A DNA stretch of 64,000 nucleotides. Origin: Pseudomonadota bacterium (lineage in GTDB: Bacteria > Bdellovibrionota_C > UBA2361 > OMII01). The notes beneath the pieces were generated by a model. The model saw only the letters and a list, made by a program, of their open reading frames with translations, ran no database searches and was not told the DNA's origin. The stretch is taken from contig JAYPVM010000001.1 in assembly GCA_038134595.1 (NCBI GenBank), forward strand, positions 355,369 to 419,368, read 5' to 3'. Positions 19,772 to 30,298 of the stretch are shown one piece after another. Numbering within the stretch: the first letter of the stretch is position 1; every line of letters begins with the position of its first letter. The translations under genes were made by a program, and so were the position numbers.

Positions 19772-21055
19772 TTATGGCATCTGAGGCATTATCATATCGA
19801 CTGCTTGTTGGGCTAGTTGCATTGTCTCCTCAGGCGACAAGTCTGGCCGTATCTGCTGAGCAAGGGAGTTAGCTTCGATTATAAGTCCTTGGCTGTGGAG
19901 GATTTTTGTTTGGATAAGTGGTAGTAGTGAAGATTCGGGGTAGCGTTGGCATAGCCGCGCCAATGTTTTCGAGCATCTTTGTGAATTGTTTGTTTCACTA
20001 AAAAGCACATGTGCGCGAACAATGTAGAGGCAATCATCCTCACCTAATTGAGCGTTGAGGTCGAGTGTTTTCTCGCTAAGATCGAGGCAGATAGACAGGA
20101 GCTGGCTTGCAGTTGCCGGATGGACATCCTGTAACATGACCGCTGAAGTAAGGCAGTTTAGTAGCGGCCCAAGGTGCCTTTTGGGATGAGGCTCTCTCTT
20201 GGAAAGATTGACGAGAAGATCGTTTACTGCCTTCGCTCGATGACTTGGACAGTGTTTCTCAAGCACTTCGTGCCGCCCAGCAGCACCAATTTTTCGGCAC
20301 CTGTTTAGATCCGCTAAAAGGGCGGTTATTTTTGCTGCTGCATCATCAACATCGCCTGCTTTGTAGGTTACAAGGTGTTTTCCGTCCTCAAAGAGCTCTA
20401 GTAGTCCGTTGTCTGTTTTTTCGGTTAGAAGGAGTGCGCCGCTCATCATTGCCTCGAATACGCGAAAATTCAGATCTTTCTTTACGGTTTGGTTGATGAC
20501 TATTTCGGCATACGGAAAAATTGAGGGAAAGTTGCCTTGAAGAACTTTTACGGGAACTTTTTTCTGCAACTCTTCGAAGAATGCAACTCGATTAGGATTT
20601 AGTTCTGGATTGAGTGTTCCTACAAACGTTGCACCGTATTTTTTTGTTTCTTCAGGACGCATGTATTCAGAAGCCCAGAGAGGAAGCCATGAAACTCTTT
20701 CTTCTGATTCAGAAAAAGAGGAGAGATAGTCCTTTTGAGCAACGAACGTATAATCAAAAGAGTTGGCGAGCAGGGAGTGACTTGCACAATGATGATGAGT
20801 GTCCACTGAATAGAGTACCGATGGAATGGGGCAGTCTTCGATTCCAAGGATGGTCATTGGAGCGCTGTTGTCGAACCATACGATTCTATCTGGAGCGAAA
20901 TGTTCAGGTAGCTGACGAAGTAAAGAGTCTATGTGGATTAGTGGACTCGATAGATGAATGTCAAGATGGCTAGCGGTGCCGACAGTCAGCACTTCATGAC
21001 CCATCTGTTTCAATTCAGCGGCAAACCAGTTTTGGTTGATTAGTAAGATCTGCAT
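19772..21055 (-). CDS. Glycosyltransferase (CgeB / Glyco_trans_1_2-like)
   Basis: DTHH, WLPLWA, FVG.L, DLNFRVFEAMMSGALLLT, LFEDGKHLVTY, G.AGR..VL..H. Confidence 0.85.
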   Translation of the reverse strand: MQILLINQNWFAAELKQMGHEVLTVGTASHLDIHLSSPLIHIDSLLRQLPEHFAPDRIVWFDNSAPMTILGIEDCPIPSVLYSVDTHHHCASHSLLANSFDYTFVAQKDYLSSFSESEERVSWLPLWASEYMRPEETKKYGATFVGTLNPELNPNRVAFFEELQKKVPVKVLQGNFPSIFPYAEIVINQTVKKDLNFRVFEAMMSGALLLTEKTDNGLLELFEDGKHLVTYKAGDVDDAAAKITALLADLNRCRKIGAAGRHEVLEKHCPSHRAKAVNDLLVNLSKREPHPKRHLGPLLNCLTSAVMLQDVHPATASQLLSICLDLSEKTLDLNAQLGEDDCLYIVRAHVLFSETNNSQRCSKTLARLCQRYPESSLLPLIQTKILHSQGLIIEANSLAQQIRPDLSPEETMQLAQQAVDMIMPQMP

Positions 21056-21289
21056 TGTATTTAAGGGGTACCACAGCTAGTGTTATAGTTTTTAGATGAA
21101 TTGGAATAGAGGATAGTTCCACGAAACCTGCCGTGTTATTAAGGTATGAATTTCAGTGGGTTACGCCAGAGGGTGGGTGTGAATACCCCCCCCAAAAAAA
21201 AAAAATTTGGTTGTCTATTTGTACGCGCGTGCCTTGCAAGCTTGAATCGGTTTCAAGCGTTTGCTCTCGTACTGTAGAAGGCGCTGAAT

Positions 21290-22174
21290 CTAGGCTGTTA
21301 TCTTTGTTTCTAGTGCTTCTTGATAAATTCTAGCTGGTGGCTCGCGTAGCTCCCAGACAAGCCCAAACCAGGAGAGAACCTTGAGGGTGTAATGGGAGAT
21401 ATCAATCTCCCACCAATAGAAGCCTTGTCTCTCTGAGCCTGGATACCGGTGGTGATTGTTGTGCCAGCCTTCTCCGAGCGTGATGAGAGCAAGTAGTAAG
21501 CTGTTGCGACTGTCATCCCCGGTTACAAAGCGGCGCTTTCCAATCATGTGAGTCAGTGAGTTGATACAAAATGTACCGTGATAGAGCAATGTTGTACTAA
21601 TACAAAACCCCCATACAAACATCTGAAAAGCAGAAGTGCCAAGTTCTGGGTAGTAAAGGTCTAGGGCATACCCTAAAAAGCTAACTCCAATGATAAGAAG
21701 CATTGGTGGCAGAAGATGATACTTATCCAACCAGCGAAGCTCTGGGAACTTCATTAAGTCTTTAACCAGCTCGTACCGTGTGCCGATAAACTGGGTACTT
21801 AGAACCCATCCTACGTGCGCCCACCACAAGCCGTAGATGCGGGGAGGGTGGATGTCCTCTTCTGTGTCAGAGAACTGGTGATGGTGCCTATGATGAGACG
21901 CCCACCATATCGGCCCTTTTTGCGCAGACGTTGCGCCTAAGAATGCCAATAGAAATTGAAAAATACGACTGGTCTTGTAACTGCGGTGGGAGAAGTAACG
22001 GTGATAGACTCCCGTAATTCCAAACATCCGGATGACGTACAGCGCAGTACAAACCCAAAAAGCAGTCCAGCTAAAGCCGACTACTAAGACGAGCGCACAC
22101 CCAAGGTGAACACCCCAAAAGGCAGCTTGCTTGATAATATTGGAAGGATGGAGCGGATTTCCGGCTGTGCTCAT
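21290..22174 (-). CDS. Acyl-CoA/acyl-lipid delta-9-type desaturase
   Basis: Histidine boxes HRYFSH, HRHHH, HNNHH; GEGWHNNHH; WWEID. Confidence 0.93.
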   Translation of the reverse strand: MSTAGNPLHPSNIIKQAAFWGVHLGCALVLVVGFSWTAFWVCTALYVIRMFGITGVYHRYFSHRSYKTSRIFQFLLAFLGATSAQKGPIWWASHHRHHHQFSDTEEDIHPPRIYGLWWAHVGWVLSTQFIGTRYELVKDLMKFPELRWLDKYHLLPPMLLIIGVSFLGYALDLYYPELGTSAFQMFVWGFCISTTLLYHGTFCINSLTHMIGKRRFVTGDDSRNSLLLALITLGEGWHNNHHRYPGSERQGFYWWEIDISHYTLKVLSWFGLVWELREPPARIYQEALETKITA

Positions 22175-22417
22175 GTTGATACATCTCTTTTGTTAACGTG
22201 CGCACACCAAATTTGTAGTTGATGAGAGCGTTATTGTTTGGACATCATGTGTCACATACTATCTTGGTATGAAGACGCCCTCTGATGTGAATACTAGATG
22301 AATCTCTCCTCTAAGCCAAGCCCTAGGCTAAAAAATGCTACGCACGTGCTCTCTTAATGTATTGTATTAACACTGCTTTTCGGGGAGCTTTCCGAATTTT
22401 TCACGATGGTAAAAAAG

Positions 22418-23167
22418 TTATTTTTGACGCCTACTGATGCCGACCAAACTGGATGCGGGGCCAGCTTGTGCACCCTTATGGACCCTTGCGGTAAGAAATC
22501 CTATTGCGGCCAATGAGATGCTTGCAAATAGCAAGCTTTCACCAATCGAAAACGGCCTCAAGTCAGAGATGAGATGATAACTTGATACTGCGCAAACCGA
22601 TGAAAGGATGAGTGTGACCAAGCTCGGGAGTTTATCGAGAGAGTTCAAGATAGGCATTCGTTCCCGATCTCCGATATACACGATTGCCCCTACAAGAGTA
22701 CCCACGACGACAGAGGTTATAACGATAAGAACGATGATAGCCTGCTTTGAGAGCTCCTCGGCGGCTAGTCCTTGTACTATTGCGCCACTTGCGAAGGCAT
22801 GAAGAGAGAACGCTGATGCCGTTGAAATTATCGCAGAGCGTTTAACCCGGAGAGGTGGATGGTTTTCACAGCTACAATCTCCGCCTACTTGATGGTGCAG
22901 GCGGTGGTGAACAAAATGCCGAAGTAGGATGTATGCTCCAACCAGCACAAAAGCATCCCCTAGTGTCTCTGAATATTCAGAAACTTCTCCTGCGAGCAGA
23001 ATGCCTAATAATCCGTAGAAAGCGTGAAAGAACGCAAATGAAGCTCCCCATGTCGATGGACGTCCTCCGACAGTTGCCGCAAGGGCAACCGCTATTAAAA
23101 CGCAACCGTCGCCGATTATAGCGAGTGGGTATAGTAGTAAAACAGTCAGTAGGGATACGATCGACAT
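22418..23167 (-). CDS. Polytopic membrane protein with His/Cys-rich loop (possible metal transporter)
   Basis: Several TM segments; loop HFVHHRLHHQVGGDCSCENH; start taken at MSIVSLL (uncertain). Confidence 0.55.
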   Translation of the reverse strand: MSIVSLLTVLLLYPLAIIGDGCVLIAVALAATVGGRPSTWGASFAFFHAFYGLLGILLAGEVSEYSETLGDAFVLVGAYILLRHFVHHRLHHQVGGDCSCENHPPLRVKRSAIISTASAFSLHAFASGAIVQGLAAEELSKQAIIVLIVITSVVVGTLVGAIVYIGDRERMPILNSLDKLPSLVTLILSSVCAVSSYHLISDLRPFSIGESLLFASISLAAIGFLTARVHKGAQAGPASSLVGISRRQK

Positions 23168-23240
23168 TTCGAAATTGTAGGGATTCTCGGGCTGTTTTGC
23201 AAACATACTGCCGGGTTCGGCTGAAGTATGGTGCTAATAT

Positions 23241-23268
23241 AAAAGCAGGAGCTTATTGCTCCTGCTTT
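23241..23268 (-). terminator. Rho-independent terminator after the RRM gene
   Basis: AAAAGCAGGAGC-TTATT-GCTCCTGCTTT hairpin; T-tail on minus strand. Confidence 0.75.
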
Positions 23269-23315
23269 CTACTATCAGAACTTATCATTACAAGTTCTTT
23301 ATAAGAGAGAGGCTG

Positions 23316-23654
23316 TTAACGCCTTCCTCCTGAGTAGCCACCTCGAGAAGGTCTTCCTCCTCGATCGCCACCGCCTCGACCGCCTCTTCCGAAGCCTCCA
23401 GAGCGGGGTCTATCCTCGCGAGGACGAGCTTCGTTTATCGATAGTTCTTTACCATCAAGCTCTTGGCCATTTAATGCTTCAATTGCTTCTCGTGCACGGT
23501 CATCGTCATCTATTTCAACAAATCCAAATCCTCGTGAACGACCGGTATCCCGATCGGTAATGATTCTAACAGATGATGGTTCAAAATCTTGAAAGAGACC
23601 ACTGAGTGTTTCCTCTGTGGTAGCCCACGCGATATTTCCAACGTAAAGTTTCAT
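23316..23654 (-). CDS. RRM RNA-binding protein with Gly/Arg-rich tail
   Basis: RNP2 LYVGNI, RNP1 RGFGFVEI, NEARPRE, RGG tail. Confidence 0.95.
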   Translation of the reverse strand: MKLYVGNIAWATTEETLSGLFQDFEPSSVRIITDRDTGRSRGFGFVEIDDDDRAREAIEALNGQELDGKELSINEARPREDRPRSGGFGRGGRGGGDRGGRPSRGGYSGGRR

Positions 23655-24097
23655 AGGTCCTCTATGTATCTATTTTCTACAGTTACATCCAAATTCGCCT
23701 GCGCGTATTTGGATTGATCTTCATTCTTCTCAAACGTCACCCGGGAACTGTAATTTCTGACAGGACCTGTAATTTCCGATAGAGCAGAAGGCTCAAGCTG
23801 TTAGTGTAAGGATGAATTGATAGCTAAGTCAATTAAAAGAGCCAAAAGTAGGGTGCTTCACTACACTTGGGGAAGTTTTAATCTTCTTATTTCTCGTTGG
23901 CATGAGTGTAACCACTTGAAAACAATGCTAATTAGGCTCTTTGGGGGGCGCGCCGGATGGTTTTGGCCAGAGGGAGGAGCTGTTTGTCAGTTATGAATAA
24001 TCTGCGAAGATGGTGCGAGATAGGGGACTTTAGACAGGTGATCATGTTAGTTGAGGCCTGACCAAAGCCTTGTGAGAGATGATACGCTCCGCAACGT

Positions 24098-24652
24098 TTA
24101 GGAAGATACTTTCGGAGCTTGTAGAATCGAGAGATAGAATCCAACGCCATTATTTAGGTTGGCGTCATTAGAGGAAAATACATAAACATCGACAGTAATG
24201 CTGATGAAGCTTGCAAAAGTAACAACAGTATTTGTCACATTGTAGTTGGTAGCACCTGCATTTGACATTACGATGATGCGGTCTCGCATCTCCTCAGAGT
24301 CGACATCATCAATTTCTCCGAAGTTTCCGAAAAAGGTGACTCTGAAATATCCCGGCCCCGCATTATTCACCGACACTCCGGTTGTTCGTGCGCCTCCAGA
24401 GGCTTTGATAAGACCTCCTGAAGATATGTGAGCAAAACCCAGTAGCGATTGCTCTCGCGTTGCGAGTTCTTTAAATCCTCGTGGGCACTGCGTGGCGTCA
24501 ACCTGTTTGACGGCATTGCCGAGGCGCACTTGATTATTGCGGACCCTGATTCGTTTTTTTACACATGTTACATCGGCGTGAGCTAACGAGCCGCCCACGA
24601 TACACGAACATAAAATAGCAAGAATAATAGTTTTGAAGGTCAGGTTTTGCAT
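24098..24652 (-). CDS. Exported hypothetical protein
   Basis: Signal peptide MQNLTFKTIILAILCSCIVGGSLAHA; beta-rich C-terminal part. Confidence 0.6.
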   Translation of the reverse strand: MQNLTFKTIILAILCSCIVGGSLAHADVTCVKKRIRVRNNQVRLGNAVKQVDATQCPRGFKELATREQSLLGFAHISSGGLIKASGGARTTGVSVNNAGPGYFRVTFFGNFGEIDDVDSEEMRDRIIVMSNAGATNYNVTNTVVTFASFISITVDVYVFSSNDANLNNGVGFYLSILQAPKVSS

Positions 24653-24771
24653 TGTAAAGGCCTTGGTATGTAACTGTATGGATTTTACCTTAGACGGAAT
24701 ACCTTCCGTTGCCAAGACGGCTTCTAAAAGGTGGGAGCGGAGCCTGCTTAGTTCTCAGGTTTTAATGTCGA

Positions 24772-26361
24772 TTACTGCGAGATAGAAGTTTCATCATGCG
24801 TAGGCGCAAGTTCGTTTGCAATGCTTCGCACATCCCACTCTTTGGCAAACTCTTGAATGTCTTCAAATAGCTCTTGTTTGATGATTATTCGCGGAACTTT
24901 GTTCTGACCTCCAAGTTTACCACGACGTTTCATCCATTCTGCGAAGAAACCGGCTCGTACGGGAACGATCTGTGGGGCTTTAAGGCCAAAACCGTCAGAG
25001 CGGTGCGCCTCGTAGTCTTCGTTTCTAACGCACAGCCTCTTATCGAGTGTGTCTGCGAAGAGGCTTAACGCTTCTTCTGATGGTGCATCGCCTGCAAATT
25101 CAACTATAAACAAGTGACCCCCCAACTCATGCTCTGTTTGAGAGAATACCGCACCCACGGTGTAGTCAGTGATCTCTCGGTCGATCTCTTTACTTGCCGT
25201 AACGACGCCATCTTCGACTTCTTCTGCGATCAGATGTTCTCCGAATGCTGAGAGGTAGTACGAGGTACGCCCTGTAACAAGAATCCGAGGGACCCTCGTA
25301 TCGACAAACTTAACTGTATCGCCGATTACATACGACCAGAGTCCTGAGCAAGTTGTCATCACAACAGCATAGTTTACATCTGGTACAACATCTTCTATCC
25401 AGTGCCGGGTCGGTTGCGGAGAATCTAGCTCTTCAAGGGGTACAAACTCATAAAAGATCCCGTGATCGAGGTTCATACGCATGCCGTCGCCAAAGGATCG
25501 ATCTGCAACCGCAATAAAGCCTTCACTTGCAGGATATACCTCTCGCATCTCGGCATTACTTCCTTGTAGAATGCTTGAAAAACGATCAACGTAAGGAGCA
25601 AAGTTCACACCGCCGTGAACCATCATCTCAAGATTCGGGTAAAGCCGTGCAAGAGTAGCCTCTGCATCACCGGAGAGGCTTTTTAGGGTGTCAAAAAAAA
25701 TCATCATCCAAGCAGGGACTCCAGAGATCATTCTGATATCTTCTTTCAGCGAGAGCTCGCCTAAGTAATCTATCTTTTCTTCCCAGTCCTTTACGAGTGC
25801 GAGGTCTGCTGGAGGAAAGTAGCGCGAGCGAATCCACCACGGCACTTGCTTGGTTGTAATGCCACTTAAGTCTCCCTGAAAAACGCCATCTGCTACTTGG
25901 GAGAGATCGGTGCTTCCTCCTAACAGAAAACACTTTCCGCCAAGAATCTTCGATTGCGGACGATTATTGATATGGTACACCAAGAGATCCATTCCCGCTT
26001 TTGTATTGCTGGCGAGCGTATCGTGTGTGCACGGTATATACTTTGTGACCCCTGACGAGGTCCCAGAGCTGACCGGAAAGAAGGGAATAGTTCCTGGCCA
26101 CGTGCAGTCGGTTAGAGTTGGAAATGCCTCTTGCCAATAGTCGCTCCAGAAGTGCTCGTACGTGCGTAGAGGTACTCGACGTTGGTATTCCTTAACAGTA
26201 GTAATCGATGAAAAGCTATACTCTTTTCCAAAGCGCGTGTTAGCCGCCTTTCGAAGTAGTCCTAAGAGTTGGGTAGTTTGCAGATCTCTTGGAGTGTGCT
26301 TTGCAAGAAAACTATTTCTCCAACGAGCGTATAGGTGAAGTAGAGGGGTAGCGTCAAACAT
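24772..26361 (-). CDS. GH3 acyl-adenylate/amido synthetase family protein
   Basis: SSGTSSGVTKYIP, GDLSGI, YPASEGFIA, FYEFVP, GLWSYVIGDTVKF, GKLGGQNKVPR. Confidence 0.93.
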   Translation of the reverse strand: MFDATPLLHLYARWRNSFLAKHTPRDLQTTQLLGLLRKAANTRFGKEYSFSSITTVKEYQRRVPLRTYEHFWSDYWQEAFPTLTDCTWPGTIPFFPVSSGTSSGVTKYIPCTHDTLASNTKAGMDLLVYHINNRPQSKILGGKCFLLGGSTDLSQVADGVFQGDLSGITTKQVPWWIRSRYFPPADLALVKDWEEKIDYLGELSLKEDIRMISGVPAWMMIFFDTLKSLSGDAEATLARLYPNLEMMVHGGVNFAPYVDRFSSILQGSNAEMREVYPASEGFIAVADRSFGDGMRMNLDHGIFYEFVPLEELDSPQPTRHWIEDVVPDVNYAVVMTTCSGLWSYVIGDTVKFVDTRVPRILVTGRTSYYLSAFGEHLIAEEVEDGVVTASKEIDREITDYTVGAVFSQTEHELGGHLFIVEFAGDAPSEEALSLFADTLDKRLCVRNEDYEAHRSDGFGLKAPQIVPVRAGFFAEWMKRRGKLGGQNKVPRIIIKQELFEDIQEFAKEWDVRSIANELAPTHDETSISQ

Positions 26362-26418
26362 AACTAATGAGTCGCTGTGCGACAGAACATAAACGTTAAT
26401 GAATAATTCTGCCTGCTA

Positions 26419-26480
26419 CTATGCAACGCTTCAGATCGGAAGTCGAGCGTCTTTCATTCGGATTGTGGGCAGCGAGGGGC
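26419..26480 (+). repeat. 62-bp direct repeat, copy 1 (displaced 3' end of ORF 30844-31089)
   Basis: One mismatch to 30832-30893. Confidence 0.9.
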
Positions 26481-26654
26481 ATCCTCTCGCTCCTCCTAGA
26501 GATCTTTCCAAGGGGCAGATTGGCATCAAGATGGTTGGTCTCTGGCGTCAGGGAGAGTTTTCGAGGGCCAAGCCTAGGTAAAGATGTGCTGCTAAGTCAT
26601 GAAAAATAGCAAGTCGGATACACGTCTGACTTTCCGTCACCCAGGAAGCGGAAT

Positions 26655-26834
26655 TCAGAAGTCATCAGGCGACGGCTCAAATAAGTCGTAAGAGGGAAGT
26701 CGTCGATAGCCTCTCAGGTATCGATGAACTTAGGGCTAGGAGGGGGAGCTTGGAAGTCAGGGATTCCTTCAAGCCTTCATGATGTCCTTGATTGAGTGCG
26801 CGTCCTCAATGAAGGCGATGATTCGCATTTGTGT
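26655..26834 (-). pseudogene. IS91-family (rolling-circle) transposase C-terminal relic
   Basis: Minus strand TQMRIIAFIEDAHSIKDIMKA/fs/GIPDFQAPPP..., with stops and frameshifts; resembles the MRIIAFIED...RAPP tail of IS91-type transposases. Confidence 0.6.
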
Positions 26835-27073
26835 GTTGGATTCGCTTCCACGATAAGGAGAGCGAGTGGTTCGTAGCTCGCTATATCGAGCCTGCCCCAC
26901 TTTCCCTTGAAAGAATATTAATCCAAGATGACGTCGTAACTTATACCACTAAGGACGCACCGCTCAGATGAATAAAAAAAGAGGCATCGGCGAAGGGACT
27001 TGGAGCGGCTCAGGATGCGGCCAGCATGTGATAGACTTTTTCAATCAAAGAGCCATCTGTTGGATGCGCTACC

Positions 27074-27589
27074 CTAGCCTTTCTCGACAACCTTTGTCTT
27101 AAAAATCAAATCATGTAAAGCACATCGATCAGATCGAAAGAATGCAAGTAGGTACCCGATATGGAGAATGATTCCGGAAATATTCTTACCAAGAGTGTCT
27201 CGTAAGCCTCCCTTCAAAAAGCCTAATGTTTCCCCAGTCTCTCTTACTACCTGAAGTCCGAAAATCATTTTCCCCGGAGTCGCACGCATTGACGAGTAAA
27301 AGTAGCCTGCATACAAAAAAGAGATCGCAGTGTTCATGATAAACTGGAGCTTATAATCTTCAAATATCGAATTTATGATACCGTGTGTACCGACGATAGC
27401 CCACAGCACAACATTCAAGATCACTGCTGCGCCAAGAAGAATGCAGCTATCCACTATAAACGCCCCAATTCGCTTGCCCCTAGAAGCTAGCTTGAGGGGA
27501 GAGTCTAGGCTAATGCTTCTTTGAGATGCAAGGGCATCGCTCTTTAGATATGATTCGAGAATCGACTTGTCGTTATTTTGAGTATCCAT
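27074..27589 (-). CDS. RDD family membrane protein
   Basis: ASRGKRIGAFIVD, ATPGKMIFGLQVV, R.ALHDLIFKTKVV. Confidence 0.92.
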   Translation of the reverse strand: MDTQNNDKSILESYLKSDALASQRSISLDSPLKLASRGKRIGAFIVDSCILLGAAVILNVVLWAIVGTHGIINSIFEDYKLQFIMNTAISFLYAGYFYSSMRATPGKMIFGLQVVRETGETLGFLKGGLRDTLGKNISGIILHIGYLLAFFRSDRCALHDLIFKTKVVEKG

Positions 27590-27655
27590 CTCTTTGAATT
27601 CTTGTTAGCCTAACGCAAGTTTTCCTATAAAATATTGTATCCTCCGGGTGTGACT

Positions 27656-29362
27656 ATGACAAGCTTAGAAGATGTGTTGCGTGATTTTGATCGAAGACTA
27701 GAGTCGATTGAAAAACAACTCAATCAAGGGAAATCACACGCTCTCGAGGTGGCTATTGCAACCCCAAAGATCGATCCCCCACGTAGAGCCCCGAAAACAA
27801 GCGAAATCGATTCAGGTAATCGATCCTCAAAGCCGGCGATCCCCAGTAGAGAATACAGAAACATAGAAAGCAGTCCGGCCCTCGATTCCTCGGGTATTTT
27901 GGGGATTATCGGGATCATATTTGTCATCTTAGCAGGCGTATTTTTTATAAAGATTTCGATCGATTCTGGTTGGCTTACACCGATGCGTCAGACCATAGTG
28001 GCGGCTGGCGCGGGATTGGCCTTTTTCCTTATACCACAGCTTTTTCCGAGGACAGAAAGGGAATATGGCTCCTTATTGGCGGGTGCAGGGGCTACCATTC
28101 TCCATTTAACGTGGTTTGGCGCATATTTCTATCATTCTATCCTGGGAGCCAATGCGGCTCTTATTTGTGCTACCTTAGTGGGTATTTTTTCACTCTCAGT
28201 GAACTTTGACAAAGCTAATGCATTCTATGTTCTCATTGCCATGTCTGGCACGTATCTCTCGGCACCGATAATTGGTTACAACGTCGGTGAATTAGGTCTG
28301 TTATCAATCTTTCTTATCATTTGGAATATCTCATTTTCGATGTTGTCTCTGATTATTAAGCGTCGAGACATCATGTTCATAGCGAGTTATTATGCGGTAT
28401 TTACGGTGTTGTTGTTATCAGGCAAAGCAATCGGATATGAGCAATACTTTGATTTGCTAGTGCTTAATCTAGTGCAGTTCGTGATTTTTGCCTTTGCCAT
28501 GTTCTACTACTCTGTATTCAATAACAGCACGTTGACGAGTGATGAGAGCCTTGCCGTATTAGCGCTGCTACTGTTGTTTTACTTTTCGATGGACCATGTA
28601 ATTACATCTATTAGTCCTGGATTTGCACCATGGTTTGGAATGGCGATAGGTGCGGGTGTGCTAGGTATATATTTACTGGCTCGCCGCTACCTCAAAGGAG
28701 AGCTCAAAAGTGGTTCAGCGCTGACCGCCTTTGCTGCGATAACCTTCGTGCATAGTTTCTATTTCGAAATCTTGAGTGAATCTCTCAAGCCGCTCGCCGG
28801 CCTCGTATTAGGAGCCCTAGTGGTGACGTTGTGGGGCAAAAGTGTGCGTGCTCGAGAGAGGTATTTTTTCCCCTCGGCAATTTTAGCATCAACCTTTGCA
28901 TATGGGGCGTTATTGACGGTAGTGTCACCTACGGCCTATATCTTGTACAACTGGCTCTATGGAGGTGTTGTGCTAGCAGGAGTTATTGGATTGGCTTCCA
29001 GTCGAGAGACTCGTTCACAGGTAACCGAATATTCACCGTTACTTTTAGGATTCGCCCATCTGGAGATTATGCTGGGTCTCTATCGATTCTCCTTACAAAT
29101 TTCATGGTCGGGGGCCCTCTTTGTAACGATCACCTGGGGCCTCTACGCGGCTTTGATACTTGCTGTTGCATATGCGCGCCGAGATAAAATGCTTGGTAAT
29201 TCAGCCCTGACGATTCTACTTGCAGTCAGCCTGAAAGCATTTTTCTATGATGCTCGGTATACTAGCAATCTCACTCGAGTTGTATGCCTACTTGTTGAAG
29301 GGCTACTGCTCTATTGTGGTGGCTGGATTTTTAGGAAGATGCAGAGATGGACAACGCAGTAA
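27656..29362 (+). CDS. DUF2339-type polytopic membrane protein
   Basis: N-terminal coiled coil (RRLESIEKQL), Pro-rich linker, IGIIFVILAGVFFIKISIDSGWLTP, many TMs, K.FFYD near C-terminus. Confidence 0.8.
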   Translation: MTSLEDVLRDFDRRLESIEKQLNQGKSHALEVAIATPKIDPPRRAPKTSEIDSGNRSSKPAIPSREYRNIESSPALDSSGILGIIGIIFVILAGVFFIKISIDSGWLTPMRQTIVAAGAGLAFFLIPQLFPRTEREYGSLLAGAGATILHLTWFGAYFYHSILGANAALICATLVGIFSLSVNFDKANAFYVLIAMSGTYLSAPIIGYNVGELGLLSIFLIIWNISFSMLSLIIKRRDIMFIASYYAVFTVLLLSGKAIGYEQYFDLLVLNLVQFVIFAFAMFYYSVFNNSTLTSDESLAVLALLLLFYFSMDHVITSISPGFAPWFGMAIGAGVLGIYLLARRYLKGELKSGSALTAFAAITFVHSFYFEILSESLKPLAGLVLGALVVTLWGKSVRARERYFFPSAILASTFAYGALLTVVSPTAYILYNWLYGGVVLAGVIGLASSRETRSQVTEYSPLLLGFAHLEIMLGLYRFSLQISWSGALFVTITWGLYAALILAVAYARRDKMLGNSALTILLAVSLKAFFYDARYTSNLTRVVCLLVEGLLLYCGGWIFRKMQRWTTQ

Positions 29363-29405
29363 GGAGGGTTCACGTAATTGGAGAGACAGCATGATGTAGC
29401 GAATT

Positions 29406-29490
29406 GATAGTGAGGTCAATTTACTTTTTGCAAGTAGTTGAATCGTGCGGGTCGGCCGAATCCCTAGGTCCAAAGCTCCTTAGCAAGAGA
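29406..29490 (+). repeat. ~84-bp direct repeat, copy 1
   Basis: GATAGTGAGGTCAATTTACTTTTTGCAAG...CCTTAGCAAGAGA, near-identical to 30299-30382. Confidence 0.9.
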
Positions 29491-29587
29491 GGACGTTATG
29501 CACTCACTGATAGAGGAGACTAATTTGCGTAGGAGGCTGGCAACCTATATTCAAAGAGCTCTGCCGACATCGTTTCCGCAGCGAGCT

Positions 29588-30115
29588 TTATTCATTTGAT
29601 ACCAGCGGCTCTGATACGTTTATCTGGCAACCATGAACGGCAGTGCTTAGCGTATCTCGGTTAGACGGTATTGAATGATATCCAGCTATGTAGTTCATCA
29701 GTTGCTGTATTTCAAATCTCTGATCTTCTATCAAAGCTCGTACGATATCGCCAATTGAAACCAGTCCGCACAGTTTATTTTTATCCAGAACAGGCAAATA
29801 GCGCGCGTGCTGATTTGCCATTAGCGAGAAGCACTCTCGAATTGTTGTTTCCAAGGTAACTGAGGAGAGACACGGCTCAACGATCTCTCCTAAAGAGCGG
29901 TAATCGAAGTCAGAAGGATGGAGATCGAACTGCATCAAACAATCTCGCTCCGAGACGATTCCGACAAGCTTTTTTCGATCAACAACAAGAATCGCACCAA
30001 TACTTTGATTGCGCATGATCTCAACTGCATCACGTACCGTCGCTTCACTAGGAAGACACCAAATTTTTTTTGATTTTTTAACAGCAAGAACCTCTGAAAC
30101 TTTTGTGTTGAGCAT
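29588..30115 (-). CDS. CBS-pair domain protein
   Basis: IGAILVVD..LVGIVSERD, RYLPVLD...LCGLVSIGDIV, IQQLMNYI; G-rich RBS before ATG 30115. Confidence 0.9.
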   Translation of the reverse strand: MLNTKVSEVLAVKKSKKIWCLPSEATVRDAVEIMRNQSIGAILVVDRKKLVGIVSERDCLMQFDLHPSDFDYRSLGEIVEPCLSSVTLETTIRECFSLMANQHARYLPVLDKNKLCGLVSIGDIVRALIEDQRFEIQQLMNYIAGYHSIPSNRDTLSTAVHGCQINVSEPLVSNE

Positions 30116-30298
30116 GGCCCCCCCCAATTAAGTCGCATCAGCTTATTCTGATTGCCTTATAGTACTTAATGTAAGGGGCCATTTGAAGGAAAAAGAACGA
30201 CTAGCTTCAGTTATACGGCAACTTCTTAGGAAATGTAATAGGTATTAGATGGTTATAGTGTGTCTACGAAGAGGCGGATTCATATCCCAAGAGTGATG

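Noticed and set aside
23660..23832. RRM gene leader with a CTGTAATTTC direct repeat
   Set aside because: Only two short copies; long leaders are common for such genes and no defined motif was recognised
26399..26609. Two short plus-strand ORFs
   Set aside because: They arise from the antisense of the duplicated gene end and IS-relic DNA
30118..30126. C9 tract as a phase-variation site
   Set aside because: Reads as a G-rich RBS region before the CBS start; no further support
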